Shown: piece after piece, positions 19,751 to 31,684 of the stretch
Layout of the letters: each line of letters starts with the position of its first letter
How positions within the stretch are numbered: position 1 is the first letter of the stretch
Source of the DNA: a bacterium
Lineage (GTDB): Bacteria > SZUA-182 > DTGQ01
Assembly: GCA_040752695.1 (NCBI GenBank)
Contig: JBFMGO010000006.1
Location: 1 to 64,000, forward strand
Length of the DNA: 64,000 nt
Direction of reading: 5' to 3'
Made by a program: the position numbers and the translations under genes
Notes under the pieces: generated by a model
Told to the model about the DNA's origin: nothing
What the model saw: the letters and a program-made list of their open reading frames with translations, nothing else
The model's database searches: none

Positions 19751-20782
19751 ATGAGAATAAAGAAGATAGCAGCGAGGGCTGTGTTGTGTATTCTCCTGGC
19801 AGGCATGGTTGGCTTTATTTGGCCGGTACAAGTGCAGGCTGAGGATTTAACGATAGGTGGAACCATCGATCTTGATATATATGGTTATAAAAATAAAAAC
19901 ACTACCAGCCAAAGTGACATCAAACTGGATGCGCTTGAGCTATCCATTGCGAGCAAACTGAGTGAGCAGGTTTCAGCAAATGCTCTGGTTAAGTATGAAT
20001 ATAATGGCGAGGATTACAATCTGTTTGTGGATGAGGCCTATGTAACTTTAAGCAAACTGATCGATCAGCCCTTTACCATTACGGCAGGTAAATGGTACCT
20101 TCCTTTTGGCGTATTCAATAATCACCTGACCACTGATCCTTTGACCGAGGATGCCTACGAAATTTGTTCCCCTGCGGTAAGTTTTTCAATCGCTCCTGAG
20201 GAAGTCGAGGGGCTGGATCTCTCCCTGACGCTTTACTCCAACAGGGAGGGGCTCTTCGCAGATGATGATCCCAATACCGATAGAGATGTCCATGACGGCT
20301 ACCGCAGAGATGATCTTGGCAACTATATCCTCAATGCATCCCTTGCCCAAATGGAAATGATCGAGCTGAGTGTCTACTACTGTTCAGAGCAGGGAGTAGG
20401 GGGGGATCGTAACGACTCCATGGGTGCAAGCCTGTCAGCTACATTTCAGCAGAATTTCACCTTTGATGTCGAGTATATCGAAGCAATAGACAGAGATGAC
20501 AATCATCCCGAAGACTCAGCCTATTCCATTTCCGGGGCTTTCAAGGTATTGCCGCCTCTGGAGCTGGTCGGCCGGTTCGAAGGATACGACGATGGCGTAA
20601 GCGGTGACCAGGCATATGATCCGGATTCACTGGAAGGTGTTGAATATCGGGTGAGTGCAGGTGCAAATTACGAACTGATCGAACATGCCACTTTGATGTC
20701 TGAATTCCGGGTTACTGAAGTGGAAGATCCGGATGTGTCCAATGTCAAGGAGTGGACGCTCCGGCTGCGTGTTGAATTTTAG
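19751..20782 (+). CDS. Outer-membrane beta-barrel porin (LbtU/OprO-P-like)
   Basis: Signal peptide; VDEAYVT, AGKWYLPFG, TDPLT; C-terminal LRLRVEF with terminal Phe. Confidence 0.75.
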   Translation: MRIKKIAARAVLCILLAGMVGFIWPVQVQAEDLTIGGTIDLDIYGYKNKNTTSQSDIKLDALELSIASKLSEQVSANALVKYEYNGEDYNLFVDEAYVTLSKLIDQPFTITAGKWYLPFGVFNNHLTTDPLTEDAYEICSPAVSFSIAPEEVEGLDLSLTLYSNREGLFADDDPNTDRDVHDGYRRDDLGNYILNASLAQMEMIELSVYYCSEQGVGGDRNDSMGASLSATFQQNFTFDVEYIEAIDRDDNHPEDSAYSISGAFKVLPPLELVGRFEGYDDGVSGDQAYDPDSLEGVEYRVSAGANYELIEHATLMSEFRVTEVEDPDVSNVKEWTLRLRVEF

Positions 20783-20970
20783 ACATCTAAAAATCTCAGG
20801 AAGACTGTCCTTAGCAGGGGCGGCGTTCTTCTTGTGTGGCCGCCCCTCACATCCTGCACTTTGAGCGAACATCCTTGTATCCCCTCATCCCGGCCCTTTC
20901 CGGCCCCCTCTCTTGCAGGGGCCCTTTAAAGGGGCGAGGGGAGACAGAAAGGCGCCGCATTTCCCACTTT

Positions 20971-21789
20971 TCATCTCAATTTCTGACAATGAGGACACAG
21001 ATAGGTACCGCGTCCTGCCACGCGGATTTTTTCTATTCTGGTGCCGCATTGCGGGCAGGAGGTGCCTGTTTTTCCATAAACCCGGTGCAGGTTTTGATAG
21101 TGTCCCTTTTCTCCCGAAGCTTCGACATAATCGCGGACGGATGACCCCTTATGGTGAATGGCTGCACGGAGGACACTCTGCATCTTGCGATGCAGGGAGC
21201 GGATTTTTTCGCAAGGTAAAAGGGCTGGGGAGGATTCGGGATGAATTCCGGCCCTGTATAAGGTTTCATCTACGTAGATATTGCCAAGCCCGCCCAGGAA
21301 TTTCTGATCCAAAAGCACTGTCTTGATCTTCCCCTTTTTGCTGCGAAGTCTTTCCAGAAAACGGGGAAAGGGAATATCCAAAGGATCAGGGCCGATTGGG
21401 TTGCTTTCGCACCAGGCGGTGAATTCCGCGCAAGTCATGACCTGAATGAAGCCAAACTGGCGGATATCCCGGTAGCGCAATTCCAACTCTCCTCCGTCCA
21501 GGAAAAAGATAACATGGGTATGTTTTTCGATGCTGTCGCCGGCATGATTCAAAAGAAGCTGACCGGTCATTTTCAGATGGATTCTGGCATACCACCCTTC
21601 CGAGAATTCCAGGATGATATTCTTGCCCAGGCGGAAGATGTTTATCAGGGTTTTCCCGATCAGGCTGGCTTCGCACCTTTCGGCCTGGATAATCTTGGGC
21701 AGAAAGATCTTGATGCCAAAAACCGACCTGCCAAGTATGTGCGGCGATAAACTTCGGATTATAGTTTCGACCTCCGGCAACTCCGGCAT
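20971..21789 (-). CDS. mutM: Formamidopyrimidine-DNA glycosylase
   Basis: MPELPEVE start, HLKMTG, GLGNIYVDE, C-terminal CPQC...CPHCQ zinc finger. Confidence 0.96.
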   Translation of the reverse strand: MPELPEVETIIRSLSPHILGRSVFGIKIFLPKIIQAERCEASLIGKTLINIFRLGKNIILEFSEGWYARIHLKMTGQLLLNHAGDSIEKHTHVIFFLDGGELELRYRDIRQFGFIQVMTCAEFTAWCESNPIGPDPLDIPFPRFLERLRSKKGKIKTVLLDQKFLGGLGNIYVDETLYRAGIHPESSPALLPCEKIRSLHRKMQSVLRAAIHHKGSSVRDYVEASGEKGHYQNLHRVYGKTGTSCPQCGTRIEKIRVAGRGTYLCPHCQKLR

Positions 21790-21965
21790 ACAAATCTCCT
21801 GAAAAAAACAGTGAATCAAAACAATAAGAACCCAGCATAATACAAACCGGTAACAAAAATCAAGCCCTGGATTTATGCTTGACATGTGCTCTTTCCCTAT
21901 GATAAATTGAACCAAAACTTTACTGCAGAATTTATACTTTTCATCCGTGAGGAAAGGAGTTAGCT

Positions 21966-23657
21966 ATGAAACAAAAGAGGGGATTCGCTGTTTTCCTCTT
22001 AATCGGTTTTATAAGTATAAGTTATTCAATACGATTGGCAGGAGCCCAGGCTATCCCCAAGCAGGCCAAAATTTACAATCAACAGGGGAATGACTATTGT
22101 GATAAGGGTGATTTCGAAAAAGGGGTAGCGGAATACGAAAAAGCCATCAAGCTCTATCCCCGTTATACCGATGCTTTATATAATGCAGGTCTGACCTACT
22201 ATATGGACCTTAAGGATTATGCAAAGGCGGTCTCCTACTTCAGACAGTTCCTTCAGGTGGAAGGTGATTCCGTCGATGCCAGGCAGGTGAAAAAATGGCT
22301 GATGGAGGCTGGCAAGAAATTGGCGGACCAGCAAAATGCAAAGACGGCTCAGGCAAAGAGCCCATCTTCGGAGAGCAGCGCAGCGCCGTCAAAGGAAGAT
22401 GCCGGACAGGCAAAGCAGCCCTCTCGACAGGCGGCGATATCGCCTTCCCAGCAGTCCAGGCAGGCAAAGCAGCCCTCTCCCCGGCAGGCGGCTCTATCAC
22501 CTTCTCAAAAGACGGACCAGACAAATCAGCCACCTCCTGAGTTTTTGCGGGAGACATTGCAGCCGCCTGGCTCTTTCGAAGGGGAAAGTACACCGCAAGC
22601 GGCTCCTGTTTCTCCTCCTCCCCCGGTTCCCCGCAACGCACCTTTGAAAGAGCAGCAGCCTGCTCCTCCATCGCGAGAAGAACAGGCCCGGGTTTACAAG
22701 GAAAAGGGAAATGGATACAATAATCAGGGGCGACCGGAGCTGGCAGTAAAGGAGTACCAGAAAGCGCTGCAAATCTACCCGGAATATACGGATGTTTTAT
22801 ATAATATAGCCAAAACCTATGACTTTAATTTAAAAGATTACGCCAATGCCATCCGCTACTATAAGCAGTTTTTGCAGTATGAGCCTCCTTCCTCCCGTGA
22901 TGCTGCTCAGATAAAAATCTGGTTGGGAAGGGCGGAAGAGGCGTATCAGGCACAGAATAAACCGGAACCTTCGGAAGTTGCCCAGTCTGTGCCTCAACAG
23001 ACAAAAACCGTTCCATTGCCTTCTCCTGCGACATCCCCGGCCGGAACCTCCGGGGCAAGGATAATCCCGAAAGGAAAGAAAGCAGGAGATTTCTACATGA
23101 AGGAATTTGTCCTTGATGCTCAGACAAAAGCCGTCCCAGTACAGACCAGCGGAAGAACAAAAGAGCAGACGAAAGGGTCAGAGCCGCCGCCAGTGTCCAG
23201 ACCTCCTGCGCAGGCCGTGACAGTCGCTGCCATACCAGCCGTTTCCCCATCGGCCGCACAGGGCTCGACGCAAACAGCAAATCGGGAAATCCTCATCGAA
23301 ACCATTATCCCAAGAGGTCTTCGGGCCGCTGATTTGATCCCTGTCGTCATGAGCAACATGGAGAAAGAGATTGTCGAGGTTTTCGTCCAGGCCAGGGCTC
23401 AATCTCCCGAAAAACTGGCACAACTGTATTTACCCAAGATTCAAAGCGATATTTTACCCTCCGGCGAGAGGATCTCTTCTTTCCGATTAGGTGGTAGAGA
23501 GCTGGCTGACCTCCCGTTTGTGCGCATTTTGACCGAAGAGGAAAAGAACGAGCTGGAAAAAGAGAAATGGGAATTGATTCGAACCAGAAAATCTCCAGCG
23601 AGACTGAAGGAGGTACTGACACTTTTGCGCGACGGGTATAAGGTTGTTCCTCGATAG
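21966..23657 (+). CDS. Secreted TPR protein with Pro/Gln/Ser-rich linkers
   Basis: Signal peptide; two homologous TPR blocks (YEKAIKLYPRYTDALYN and YQKALQIYPEYTDVLYN). Confidence 0.8.
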   Translation: MKQKRGFAVFLLIGFISISYSIRLAGAQAIPKQAKIYNQQGNDYCDKGDFEKGVAEYEKAIKLYPRYTDALYNAGLTYYMDLKDYAKAVSYFRQFLQVEGDSVDARQVKKWLMEAGKKLADQQNAKTAQAKSPSSESSAAPSKEDAGQAKQPSRQAAISPSQQSRQAKQPSPRQAALSPSQKTDQTNQPPPEFLRETLQPPGSFEGESTPQAAPVSPPPPVPRNAPLKEQQPAPPSREEQARVYKEKGNGYNNQGRPELAVKEYQKALQIYPEYTDVLYNIAKTYDFNLKDYANAIRYYKQFLQYEPPSSRDAAQIKIWLGRAEEAYQAQNKPEPSEVAQSVPQQTKTVPLPSPATSPAGTSGARIIPKGKKAGDFYMKEFVLDAQTKAVPVQTSGRTKEQTKGSEPPPVSRPPAQAVTVAAIPAVSPSAAQGSTQTANREILIETIIPRGLRAADLIPVVMSNMEKEIVEVFVQARAQSPEKLAQLYLPKIQSDILPSGERISSFRLGGRELADLPFVRILTEEEKNELEKEKWELIRTRKSPARLKEVLTLLRDGYKVVPR

Positions 23658-23678
23658 AGGTAAGGGAGGGTCTTTGGA

Positions 23679-23909
23679 GTGAATCAACAGGAAGAACACA
23701 TTAAAGCTTCTTTGAGAATGACCAACAGAGAATTCAAAAGGCTGGAAAGTCTTCATCAGCGCTACGAGCAGGAGTTGGAGTCCTTGACGAAAAGCCATCA
23801 CCTGACTCAGGATCAGGAAGTAAAAAAAATAGAGCTGAAGAAACTAAAGCTGCAGGCCAAGGATCGAATGGCTCAAATTATGCGTGAATATTTTAGTCAA
23901 ATTCAATAA
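23679..23909 (+). CDS. DUF465/YdcH-like small coiled-coil protein
   Basis: EFKRL...H...ELKKLKLQAKDRM motif; GGGAGG RBS. Confidence 0.75.
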   Translation: MNQQEEHIKASLRMTNREFKRLESLHQRYEQELESLTKSHHLTQDQEVKKIELKKLKLQAKDRMAQIMREYFSQIQ

Positions 23910-24234
23910 GTCAAGGAATCAGGACATAAAAAAAGGGGGGGAAGACGTCTCCTCCCCGCTCTTTGTGTCCGCCAGCCAAAAGAGCCTTCGGTGAGCGATC
24001 AAAACCGGTGATCAGTGATCATTATCGATGGATCCGGGATCGATGGATCCTGATTATAGATCCTCAGAGAGAGAGCCGGAAAAGCGGTTGAGTGAGCAGG
24101 GAGCCTTGATGAACAGCCCGCCAGGATCATGTGTTTTTAAAATCTGACTCCCGGAATTTCAATCCCTGGATTGCCGAATTGTGGGCTTTTTCCGGGTTAT
24201 TAAAATCAAAAAAGGTGAGGGTAAAAGGATAAAG

Positions 24235-25890
24235 ATGAAGAGTGAAAACATTACCAAAGGATTAGAGAGAGCACCGCATCGGGCTTTGCTGTACGGGACC
24301 GGATTCCCCAAAAGTGCGCTGGACCTGCCGAAGGTGGGAATCGCTACTTCCTTTACTGATTTGATCCCTGGTCATGTAGGCATGCGGGACCTTGAGAGGG
24401 CCATTGAAAAGGGAATTCATACCGGCGGAGGATACGCCTTTTTATTTGGCATCCCCGGCATCTGTGATGGCATAGCCATGGGGCATGCGGGTATGAAATA
24501 TTCCCTGCCTTCCCGGGAACTGATCGCGGATATGGTGGAAACTATTGCCTCGGCGCATTGTCTGGATGGATTGATCCTCCTCACCAACTGTGATAAAATT
24601 ACGCCGGGAATGCTTATGGCTGCGGCCAGACTCGATATTCCGGCCATCGTCGTGACTGCCGGTCCGATGCTTTCCGGACGGTATAAAACGAAAAAATTAT
24701 CGCTGGTGCGCGACACCTTTGAGGCGGTTGGCAAATGCCAACAGGGGTTGATTTCCGAAGAAGAAGTAGAGGGACTGGAAATTGAGGCCTGTCCTGGTGC
24801 CGGTTCCTGTCAGGGGCTTTACACTGCCAACACCATGGCATGCATAACCGAGGCCCTTGGCATGTCGCTGCCAGGATCTGCCACGGCTTTGGCCGTATCT
24901 GCCAAAAAGAGAAGACTGGCCTTTGAAAGCGGCCGCAGAGTGGTTTCCCTGATCCAGGAGGGTATCACGCCGCGCATGATCATGACTCCTGCTGCTTTTG
25001 AAAATGCCATTCGCATTGATCTTGCCCTTGGCGGCTCGACCAATACGGTTTTACATATTCCGGCCATTGCCGCTGATGCGGACATCGAGACGCCGCTTGA
25101 GCTCTTTGACCGCTTAAGCAAGGACACGCCCCATATTACCAGCCTGCGTCCCGGCGGTGATTATTTTATGGAGGATCTTGAATACGCTGGCGGTATTCCG
25201 GCAGTATTAAACCGGCTTTATGGCAAGCTCAAAGACAGCCCCACAGTCAGCGGCCGGTCCATTATGCAGATCGCTGAAGAGGGAGAGATCTTCGACGAGG
25301 CGGTCATCCACTCTCTGGATAACCCCTACCATGCGGAAGGGGGCATTGCGGTTTTGCGGGGGAATCTGGCACCGGACGGAGCTATTGTCAAACAATCCGC
25401 GGTCAGTGAGAAGGCCATGCGGTTCAGCGGCCTGGCCCGCGTTTTCGACTCCGAAGAAAAAGCCATGCAAGCTATTATGAATAAAGAAATTTCCGAAGGC
25501 AGCATCGTTATCGTCCGATATGAAGGACCAAAGGGGGGTCCTGGTATGCGCGAAATGCTCTCGCCAACGGCTGCTCTGGTCGGAATGGGGCTGGCTGAAT
25601 CTGTGGCCCTGATCACTGATGGCAGGTTCTCAGGGGGAACGAGGGGACCTTGTATCGGTCATGTCTCTCCTGAGGCTATGGAGGGAGGTCCCATTGCGCT
25701 GATTCAGGATGGGGATCGCATTGTGATCGATATTCCTGGCCGGAAACTGACCTGGGAAGTGGATGAGGAAACGGTGAAAGATCGCCGCAGGAATTGGGTC
25801 GCTCCGAAGGGCCGTGTCCGGAAAGGATATCTGAAGCGTTACGCCGAACTGGTGACTTCGGCCAATACGGGGGCCATTCTTCGAAAATAG
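24235..25890 (+). CDS. ilvD: Dihydroxy-acid dehydratase
   Basis: [46 protein letters not shown]. Confidence 0.98.
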   Translation: MKSENITKGLERAPHRALLYGTGFPKSALDLPKVGIATSFTDLIPGHVGMRDLERAIEKGIHTGGGYAFLFGIPGICDGIAMGHAGMKYSLPSRELIADMVETIASAHCLDGLILLTNCDKITPGMLMAAARLDIPAIVVTAGPMLSGRYKTKKLSLVRDTFEAVGKCQQGLISEEEVEGLEIEACPGAGSCQGLYTANTMACITEALGMSLPGSATALAVSAKKRRLAFESGRRVVSLIQEGITPRMIMTPAAFENAIRIDLALGGSTNTVLHIPAIAADADIETPLELFDRLSKDTPHITSLRPGGDYFMEDLEYAGGIPAVLNRLYGKLKDSPTVSGRSIMQIAEEGEIFDEAVIHSLDNPYHAEGGIAVLRGNLAPDGAIVKQSAVSEKAMRFSGLARVFDSEEKAMQAIMNKEISEGSIVIVRYEGPKGGPGMREMLSPTAALVGMGLAESVALITDGRFSGGTRGPCIGHVSPEAMEGGPIALIQDGDRIVIDIPGRKLTWEVDEETVKDRRRNWVAPKGRVRKGYLKRYAELVTSANTGAILRK

Positions 25891-25972
25891 CGGGTCTTGG
25901 TGCGGTGTTATTTTTCTCCTTAGTTTTTTCCCACCCCATAAAATCCAAACACCAAAATGACGGGGGAGATAA

Positions 25973-27640
25973 TTGAAAATCAGCGGATCGGAAATATTTA
26001 TTCGTAGTCTGGAAGAAGAAAAGGTAAATCACGTTTTCGGCTTTCCCGGAGCGGTCCTTATTGGCATTTATGATCAGTTCCTGAGCTCTGGAATTCAGCA
26101 TATCCTGGTTCGTCATGAGCAGGGAGCGATCCATGCAGCGGATGGCTACGCCCGTGCATCGGGCAAGGCCGGCGTATGCCTGGTAACTTCAGGGCCTGGA
26201 GCCACGAATATCGTGACCGGGCTTGCGACCGCTTTTCTGGATTCCATTCCCGTGGTGGCTTTTACCGGTCAGGTTCCTACCACCATGATCGGCAATGATG
26301 CCTTTCAAGAGGTGGATATTGTCGGCATAACCCGCTCCATTACGAAGCATAATTATCTGGTCAGTCATGTCAAGGACCTGGCCAAAACCATCAAGGAAGC
26401 GTTCCACATTGCCACCACCGGAAGGCCGGGACCGGTACTTATCGATCTGCCCAGGGATGTTCTGATGGGTGAAACCGAGTTTCATTACCCTGCTGAAGTT
26501 TCCATTCGAGGATATAAGCCAAACTACATCGGGCACCCCAAGCAGATCGAATCAGCCCTGAAGCTGATTACCAAGGCCAAGCGCCCGATTATTTACTCGG
26601 GCGGTGGAATTATCCGCTCAGGCGCGTCCGGGGAATTGCTTGAGCTGGTCGATAAGGCAAAAATCCCTGTCACCAGTACTCTCCTTGGTCTTGGGGGCAT
26701 CCCCGGTGATCATCCGATGTTCCTGGGTATGCTGGGCATGCACGGGACCAAATATGCCAATCTGGCCGTTACTGACTGTGACCTGTTGATAGCCATAGGT
26801 GCCAGGTTCGATGACCGGGCCACCGGGAGGCTGGATAAATTTGCACCCAAGGCAAAGTATATCCATATCGATATCGATCCTGCGACCATCAGTAAGAATG
26901 TCAGGGTTCATCTGCCGATCGTCGGAGATGCCAAATTGATTCTGCAAAAGATCAACGAGGCTGTCGTTCCCGGAGACTACACTGCCTGGATACAAAGAAT
27001 CGAGGAATGGAGGAAGGATTTCCCGCTTTTCTATCAGAAGAGCGATGACATAATCAAGCCCCAGTATGTAATTGAGCAGATCTATGATCTGGCTAAAGAC
27101 AAGGCTATCATTGCCACAGACGTGGGGCAGCATCAGATGTGGGTAGCTCACTACTATAAATTCAACGACCGCCGCACCCTTCTGACTTCAGGAGGACTGG
27201 GGACCATGGGATACGGATTTCCCGCAGCCATCGGCGCGCAGGCTGCCTGCCCCGACAAGCTCGTTTTCGATATTTCCGGGGATGGAAGCTTTCAGATGGT
27301 CCTCCAGGAGCTGGCGACAGCAGTGCAACATAACCTGCCGGTGAAGGTGGCTATCATCAATAATCAATGCCTGGGCATGGTTCGGCAGTGGCAGGAGTTA
27401 TTCATGAACAAGCGCTACTCCGGCACCTGCCTCAAGTGCGCTCCGGATTTTGTCAAACTGGCCGAAAGCTACGGTGCTGTGGGCTTGCGGGCCGAGCGGC
27501 CCGATGAGGTGCGGACGGTAATCGCTGAGGCCATGGCTGTGGATAAACCGGTGGTCATCGATTTTCGTGTAGCCTGTGAGGAAAATGTCTTTCCTATGGT
27601 TCCGGCTGGTGCGGGCATCGAAGAAATGATACTGTCGTAA
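25973..27640 (+). CDS. ilvB: Acetolactate synthase large subunit (copy 1)
   Basis: [43 protein letters not shown] start. Confidence 0.96.
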   Translation: MKISGSEIFIRSLEEEKVNHVFGFPGAVLIGIYDQFLSSGIQHILVRHEQGAIHAADGYARASGKAGVCLVTSGPGATNIVTGLATAFLDSIPVVAFTGQVPTTMIGNDAFQEVDIVGITRSITKHNYLVSHVKDLAKTIKEAFHIATTGRPGPVLIDLPRDVLMGETEFHYPAEVSIRGYKPNYIGHPKQIESALKLITKAKRPIIYSGGGIIRSGASGELLELVDKAKIPVTSTLLGLGGIPGDHPMFLGMLGMHGTKYANLAVTDCDLLIAIGARFDDRATGRLDKFAPKAKYIHIDIDPATISKNVRVHLPIVGDAKLILQKINEAVVPGDYTAWIQRIEEWRKDFPLFYQKSDDIIKPQYVIEQIYDLAKDKAIIATDVGQHQMWVAHYYKFNDRRTLLTSGGLGTMGYGFPAAIGAQAACPDKLVFDISGDGSFQMVLQELATAVQHNLPVKVAIINNQCLGMVRQWQELFMNKRYSGTCLKCAPDFVKLAESYGAVGLRAERPDEVRTVIAEAMAVDKPVVIDFRVACEENVFPMVPAGAGIEEMILS

Positions 27641-27660
27641 AGAAGAGAGAGGTTTTATCA

Positions 27661-29340
27661 TTGAAGAAAACAGGTGCAAAAATATTTGTTGAAACTTTGC
27701 TTGAGCACAAGGTGGATACCATGTTCGGCTATCCTGGCGGCGTGCTTTTGCCAACGTATGATGAACTCTTTGCCGCACCGATACGGCACATTCTGTCGCG
27801 GCATGAGCAGGGCGCCATTCATGCAGCGGACGGCTACGCCAGGGCCACCGGCAAACCAGGCGTCTGTATGGCCACTTCCGGCCCCGGGGCCACCAATTTG
27901 ATTACCGGCCTGGCTACGGCTTTCATGGATTCGGTTCCCCTGGTCGCTTTTACCGGCCAGGTTGCAACCAGTCTTCTGGGCAATGACAGCTTTCAGGAGG
28001 CTGATATTTACGGCATCAGCATACCGGTGACCAAATACAATTATCTGGTCAAGGAAACATCCAGATTGAAAGAGGTCATGTACGAGGCCTTTCATCTGGC
28101 CACGAGCGGCAGGCCGGGACCGGTTTTGATCGATCTTCCCAAGGATGTTCAGACCAGGCAGATCGACGCTCCGGCTATTCCCACCCTGACCCTGCCGCAG
28201 AGGGGGCCGTATTACCGCGACGGAGAGAGGGAAAAGCAGGTTGAGCGTATCCTCGCCCTGATTGAGCAGGCCGAGCGGCCGGTGCTTTATGTCGGTGGCG
28301 GGGCAATCATTTCGGGTGCTCACGAGGCTTTGCTGAAACTGGCGGAAAAAGCCTCGATACCGGTGACCACTACCTTGATGGGGAAGGGAAGTTTCCCGGA
28401 AACACACGATCTGGCCCTGGGCATGCTGGGCATGCACGGCACCAGATACGCCAATTATGCGGTCTCGAAGTGCGATCTTTTAATCGCGGTCGGTGCCCGG
28501 TTTGATGACCGGGTAACCGGAGAACCCTCCACCTTTGCCAAGGGTGCGAAAATCATCCACCTTGATATCGACCCTGCCGAGGTTGGAAAGATCATCCAGG
28601 TGGATGCATCCCTTATTGACCAGGCCAGGGATATCCTTTTGGAATTGACCGATAGAATCGGTCCAAAGTCCCATACGGCATGGCTCAGGCAAATCGCCCA
28701 ATGGAAGAAGGATCATCCCCTGTCCTATCCGAAGAAGGATGGAGTGATCAGCCCCCAGTACGTGGTAGAGCAAATCTACGAAAAAACGAAAGGGGACGCC
28801 ATTATCACCACGGAAGTTGGGCAGAATCAGATGTGGGCTGCCCAATACTACAAGTGCACAAAGCCCCGGACCTTTATCACCTCAGGCGGTCTTGGAACTA
28901 TGGGCTATGGGTTTCCTGCGGCCATCGGGGCCAAGATCGGATGCCCGGACCGCATCGTTTTCGATATAGCCGGAGATGGAAGCTTTCAGATGAACATCCA
29001 GGAACTGGCTACGGCAGTGTATAACAAGGTCAATGTAAAGATAGCCATTTTGAACAATGGAGTTCTGGGTATGGTTCGGCAATGGCAGGAGCTTTTCTAT
29101 GGCGGACGCTATTCGCAGACCATACTCCACGGAAACCCCGATTTTGTGAAGATTGCCGAAGGATATGGAGCACTTGGCATCCGCGTGGAAAAAACAGAGG
29201 ATGTTCCTTCGGCCGTTGAGCGGGCTCTTTCCGTGGATCAGCCTGTGGTTATCGATTTTCGTGTGGATACGGGAGAAAATGTGTACCCGATGGTGCCGCC
29301 CGGAGGAGCCATTCACGATATGCTGGATAGGAAAGAGTAG
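27661..29340 (+). CDS. ilvB: Acetolactate synthase large subunit (copy 2)
   Basis: Same motif set as copy 1; TTG start. Confidence 0.96.
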   Translation: MKKTGAKIFVETLLEHKVDTMFGYPGGVLLPTYDELFAAPIRHILSRHEQGAIHAADGYARATGKPGVCMATSGPGATNLITGLATAFMDSVPLVAFTGQVATSLLGNDSFQEADIYGISIPVTKYNYLVKETSRLKEVMYEAFHLATSGRPGPVLIDLPKDVQTRQIDAPAIPTLTLPQRGPYYRDGEREKQVERILALIEQAERPVLYVGGGAIISGAHEALLKLAEKASIPVTTTLMGKGSFPETHDLALGMLGMHGTRYANYAVSKCDLLIAVGARFDDRVTGEPSTFAKGAKIIHLDIDPAEVGKIIQVDASLIDQARDILLELTDRIGPKSHTAWLRQIAQWKKDHPLSYPKKDGVISPQYVVEQIYEKTKGDAIITTEVGQNQMWAAQYYKCTKPRTFITSGGLGTMGYGFPAAIGAKIGCPDRIVFDIAGDGSFQMNIQELATAVYNKVNVKIAILNNGVLGMVRQWQELFYGGRYSQTILHGNPDFVKIAEGYGALGIRVEKTEDVPSAVERALSVDQPVVIDFRVDTGENVYPMVPPGGAIHDMLDRKE

Positions 29341-29844
29341 ATGAGACACATTATCTCGGTTTTGGTAAGGAACCATCCCGGAGTATTGTCGCATGTGGTG
29401 GGTTTATTTACCCGCCGCTCGTATAACATTGAAAGCCTGGCTGCCGGTATAACCGAAAATCCCGAAATTACCCGGCTTACGATCGTAGTCACCGGAGATG
29501 ACCGGGTGCTGGACCAAGTCACCAAGCAGGTCAACAAGCTGGTAGATGTGCTGAAGGTGACGGACCTGAAATACGGCCAGGCCATCACCAGAGAACTGGC
29601 CATTATTACGGTCAGGACCACTCTTCAGAGTCGTGGTTCGGTCATCGAGATTGCTCATGTTTTTGGAGCGAAAGCTGTTGACATGTCTGAAGACACGATC
29701 ACCCTGGAACTTTCCGGAACGGAAAACGTGATTCAGAATCTGGTGCGCCTTTTGAGTCCTTTCGGCATCGTCGAAATGGCCCGGACCGGTATGATTGCAC
29801 TGGCCATGAAGAGCAGTGAGCAGCATATGAGCACTGATCAGTAA
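29341..29844 (+). CDS. ilvN: Acetolactate synthase small subunit (abuts ilvB copy 2)
   Basis: ACT domain NHPGVL...YNIESL; EMARTG. Confidence 0.93.
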   Translation: MRHIISVLVRNHPGVLSHVVGLFTRRSYNIESLAAGITENPEITRLTIVVTGDDRVLDQVTKQVNKLVDVLKVTDLKYGQAITRELAIITVRTTLQSRGSVIEIAHVFGAKAVDMSEDTITLELSGTENVIQNLVRLLSPFGIVEMARTGMIALAMKSSEQHMSTDQ

Positions 29845-29972
29845 TCAGTGTATGAGCAGCGTGTGAGCAGAGCAGGCGGGCAGCATGTGAGCAGCATGCG
29901 GTGTGTGGGCAGAGCATGTTAAGCAGCATGCAGGCAGTGAACAGCATATGAGCAATGAGCAGTGAACAGTAA
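29813..29972. repeat. Degenerate short-period gagcagc/atgagca repeat
   Basis: Recurrent gagcagcatatgagca-like units spanning the ilvN end and the intergenic gap. Confidence 0.7.
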
Positions 29973-29999
29973 GGGATTGAAAAAGAGAAGGGGAGAAGA

Positions 30000-30518
30000 G
30001 TGCAGCATACCATATCCGTATTTGTGGAAAACAAGTTTGGGGTGCTGGCCCGTATTGCCAGCCTGTTCAGTGCCAGGGGGTTCAACATTGACAGCCTCTC
30101 GGTAGGTGAAACCACGGATCCGAGCATTTCAAGGATGACCATTCTCAGCCATGGAGACGACCAGATCATCGAACAGGTGATCAAGCAACTGCGCCGCCTG
30201 GTGGACGTGATCAAGGTCAGTGACCTGACCCAGACCGATCATGTGGAACGGGAGATGGTCTTGATCAAGGTGGACGCTCCCCAGTCTCATAGGGCAGAGA
30301 TCCTGCGGATCTCCGATATATTCCGTGGCAAGATCATCGATGTGAACCCTAAGACCATGACCATGGAGGTAACTGGAGACGAAGGCAAAATAAATGCCGT
30401 GATCGACCTTTTAAGGCCGATCGGGATCAAGGAAATCGCCCGGACCGGAAAAGTGGCCATGTCCAGGGGAAAACAGGAGAAAACTCAAGGAGCCAGAGTA
30501 AGTCAGGAGCCGGAGTGA
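30000..30518 (+). CDS. ilvN: Acetolactate synthase small subunit (second copy)
   Basis: [10 protein letters not shown]...[17 protein letters not shown]. Confidence 0.94.
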   Translation: MQHTISVFVENKFGVLARIASLFSARGFNIDSLSVGETTDPSISRMTILSHGDDQIIEQVIKQLRRLVDVIKVSDLTQTDHVEREMVLIKVDAPQSHRAEILRISDIFRGKIIDVNPKTMTMEVTGDEGKINAVIDLLRPIGIKEIARTGKVAMSRGKQEKTQGARVSQEPE

Positions 30519-30675
30519 GTCAGGAGCCTGAATAAGGGCAAAGAGTCAGGATAAAGGCAAAGAGCCAGAATATAAGGAGGCAAGAGTTGAAAAAGGTAAC
30601 TCCTTCTTTGCCGGATTCCGGCTTTTTGGATTCTGAAATAATTATTTTAACAACCTTATGTAAGGAGGTTATAGA

Positions 30676-31668
30676 GTGGCCAAAATGTATTACGAGCAAG
30701 ACGCGGATTTGCAGCATCTCCAAAACAGGACTATTGCCGTGATCGGTTATGGAAATCAGGGTGCAGCTCAGGCAAAGAACATGAGGGACAGCGGACTCAA
30801 GGTAATTATCAGTGATATCAAGGGTAGTTCGCAATGGAGTCAGGCCGAGAAAGACGGCTTTTCGGTCATGACCACCAAAGAGGCGGCAGCCAGGGCCGAC
30901 GTGATCCAGGTTCTGGTTCCCGATCAATATCAGGCCGATGTATATAGCCAGGACATTAAAGAGCATATGACAGGCGGCAAGGCGCTGGTCTTCTCTCATG
31001 GCTTCAACATCCACTTTGGACAGATTGTACCCCCGGCCGATATCGATGTTTACATGGTTGCTCCCAAAGGCCCCGGACATCTGGTCAGGGAGACCTATGA
31101 GCAGGGCAGAGGGGTACCGGCTTTGATTGCTGTCCAGCAGGATGCCACCGGAAAGGCCAAAGACCTGGCCCTGGCCCATGCCAAGGGAATCGGAGCGACC
31201 AGAGCGGGAGTTTTAGAAACCACCTTTGCCGAGGAGACCGAAACCGACCTTTTCGGCGAGCAGGCCGTTTTATGCGGCGGATTATCGGAATTAATCAAGG
31301 CCGGGTTCGATACTCTGGTCGAGGCCGGATATCAGCCGGAGATCGCTTATTTCGAGTGCCTCCACGAGGTAAAACTGATCACCGATCTTATCTATTCCAA
31401 GGGAATCAGCGGCATGCGCCAGGCAATCAGCGACACGGCCGAGTATGGAGATTTGACCCGTGGAAGCCGGGTGATCAACGAAGATGTCCGCGAAGAGATG
31501 CATGATATTTTAGCCGAGATTCAATCCGGAGAATTTGCCAGAGAATGGATTCTTGAAAACAAAGCCAATCGGCCGGTATTCAATGCCCTCCGAAGAATGC
31601 AAAAGGAGCACCTGATTGAGCAGGTCGGTCAGAAAATCCGGGGGATGATGAGCTGGCTGAAGAAATAG
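30676..31668 (+). CDS. ilvC: Ketol-acid reductoisomerase
   Basis: [41 protein letters not shown]. Confidence 0.98.
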   Translation: MAKMYYEQDADLQHLQNRTIAVIGYGNQGAAQAKNMRDSGLKVIISDIKGSSQWSQAEKDGFSVMTTKEAAARADVIQVLVPDQYQADVYSQDIKEHMTGGKALVFSHGFNIHFGQIVPPADIDVYMVAPKGPGHLVRETYEQGRGVPALIAVQQDATGKAKDLALAHAKGIGATRAGVLETTFAEETETDLFGEQAVLCGGLSELIKAGFDTLVEAGYQPEIAYFECLHEVKLITDLIYSKGISGMRQAISDTAEYGDLTRGSRVINEDVREEMHDILAEIQSGEFAREWILENKANRPVFNALRRMQKEHLIEQVGQKIRGMMSWLKK

Positions 31669-31684
31669 AAGAAGTAGTGAAGTA

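Noticed and set aside
24063..24230. T-box leader upstream of ilvD
   Set aside because: AGAGA-like start present but no UGGNACC T-box or terminator
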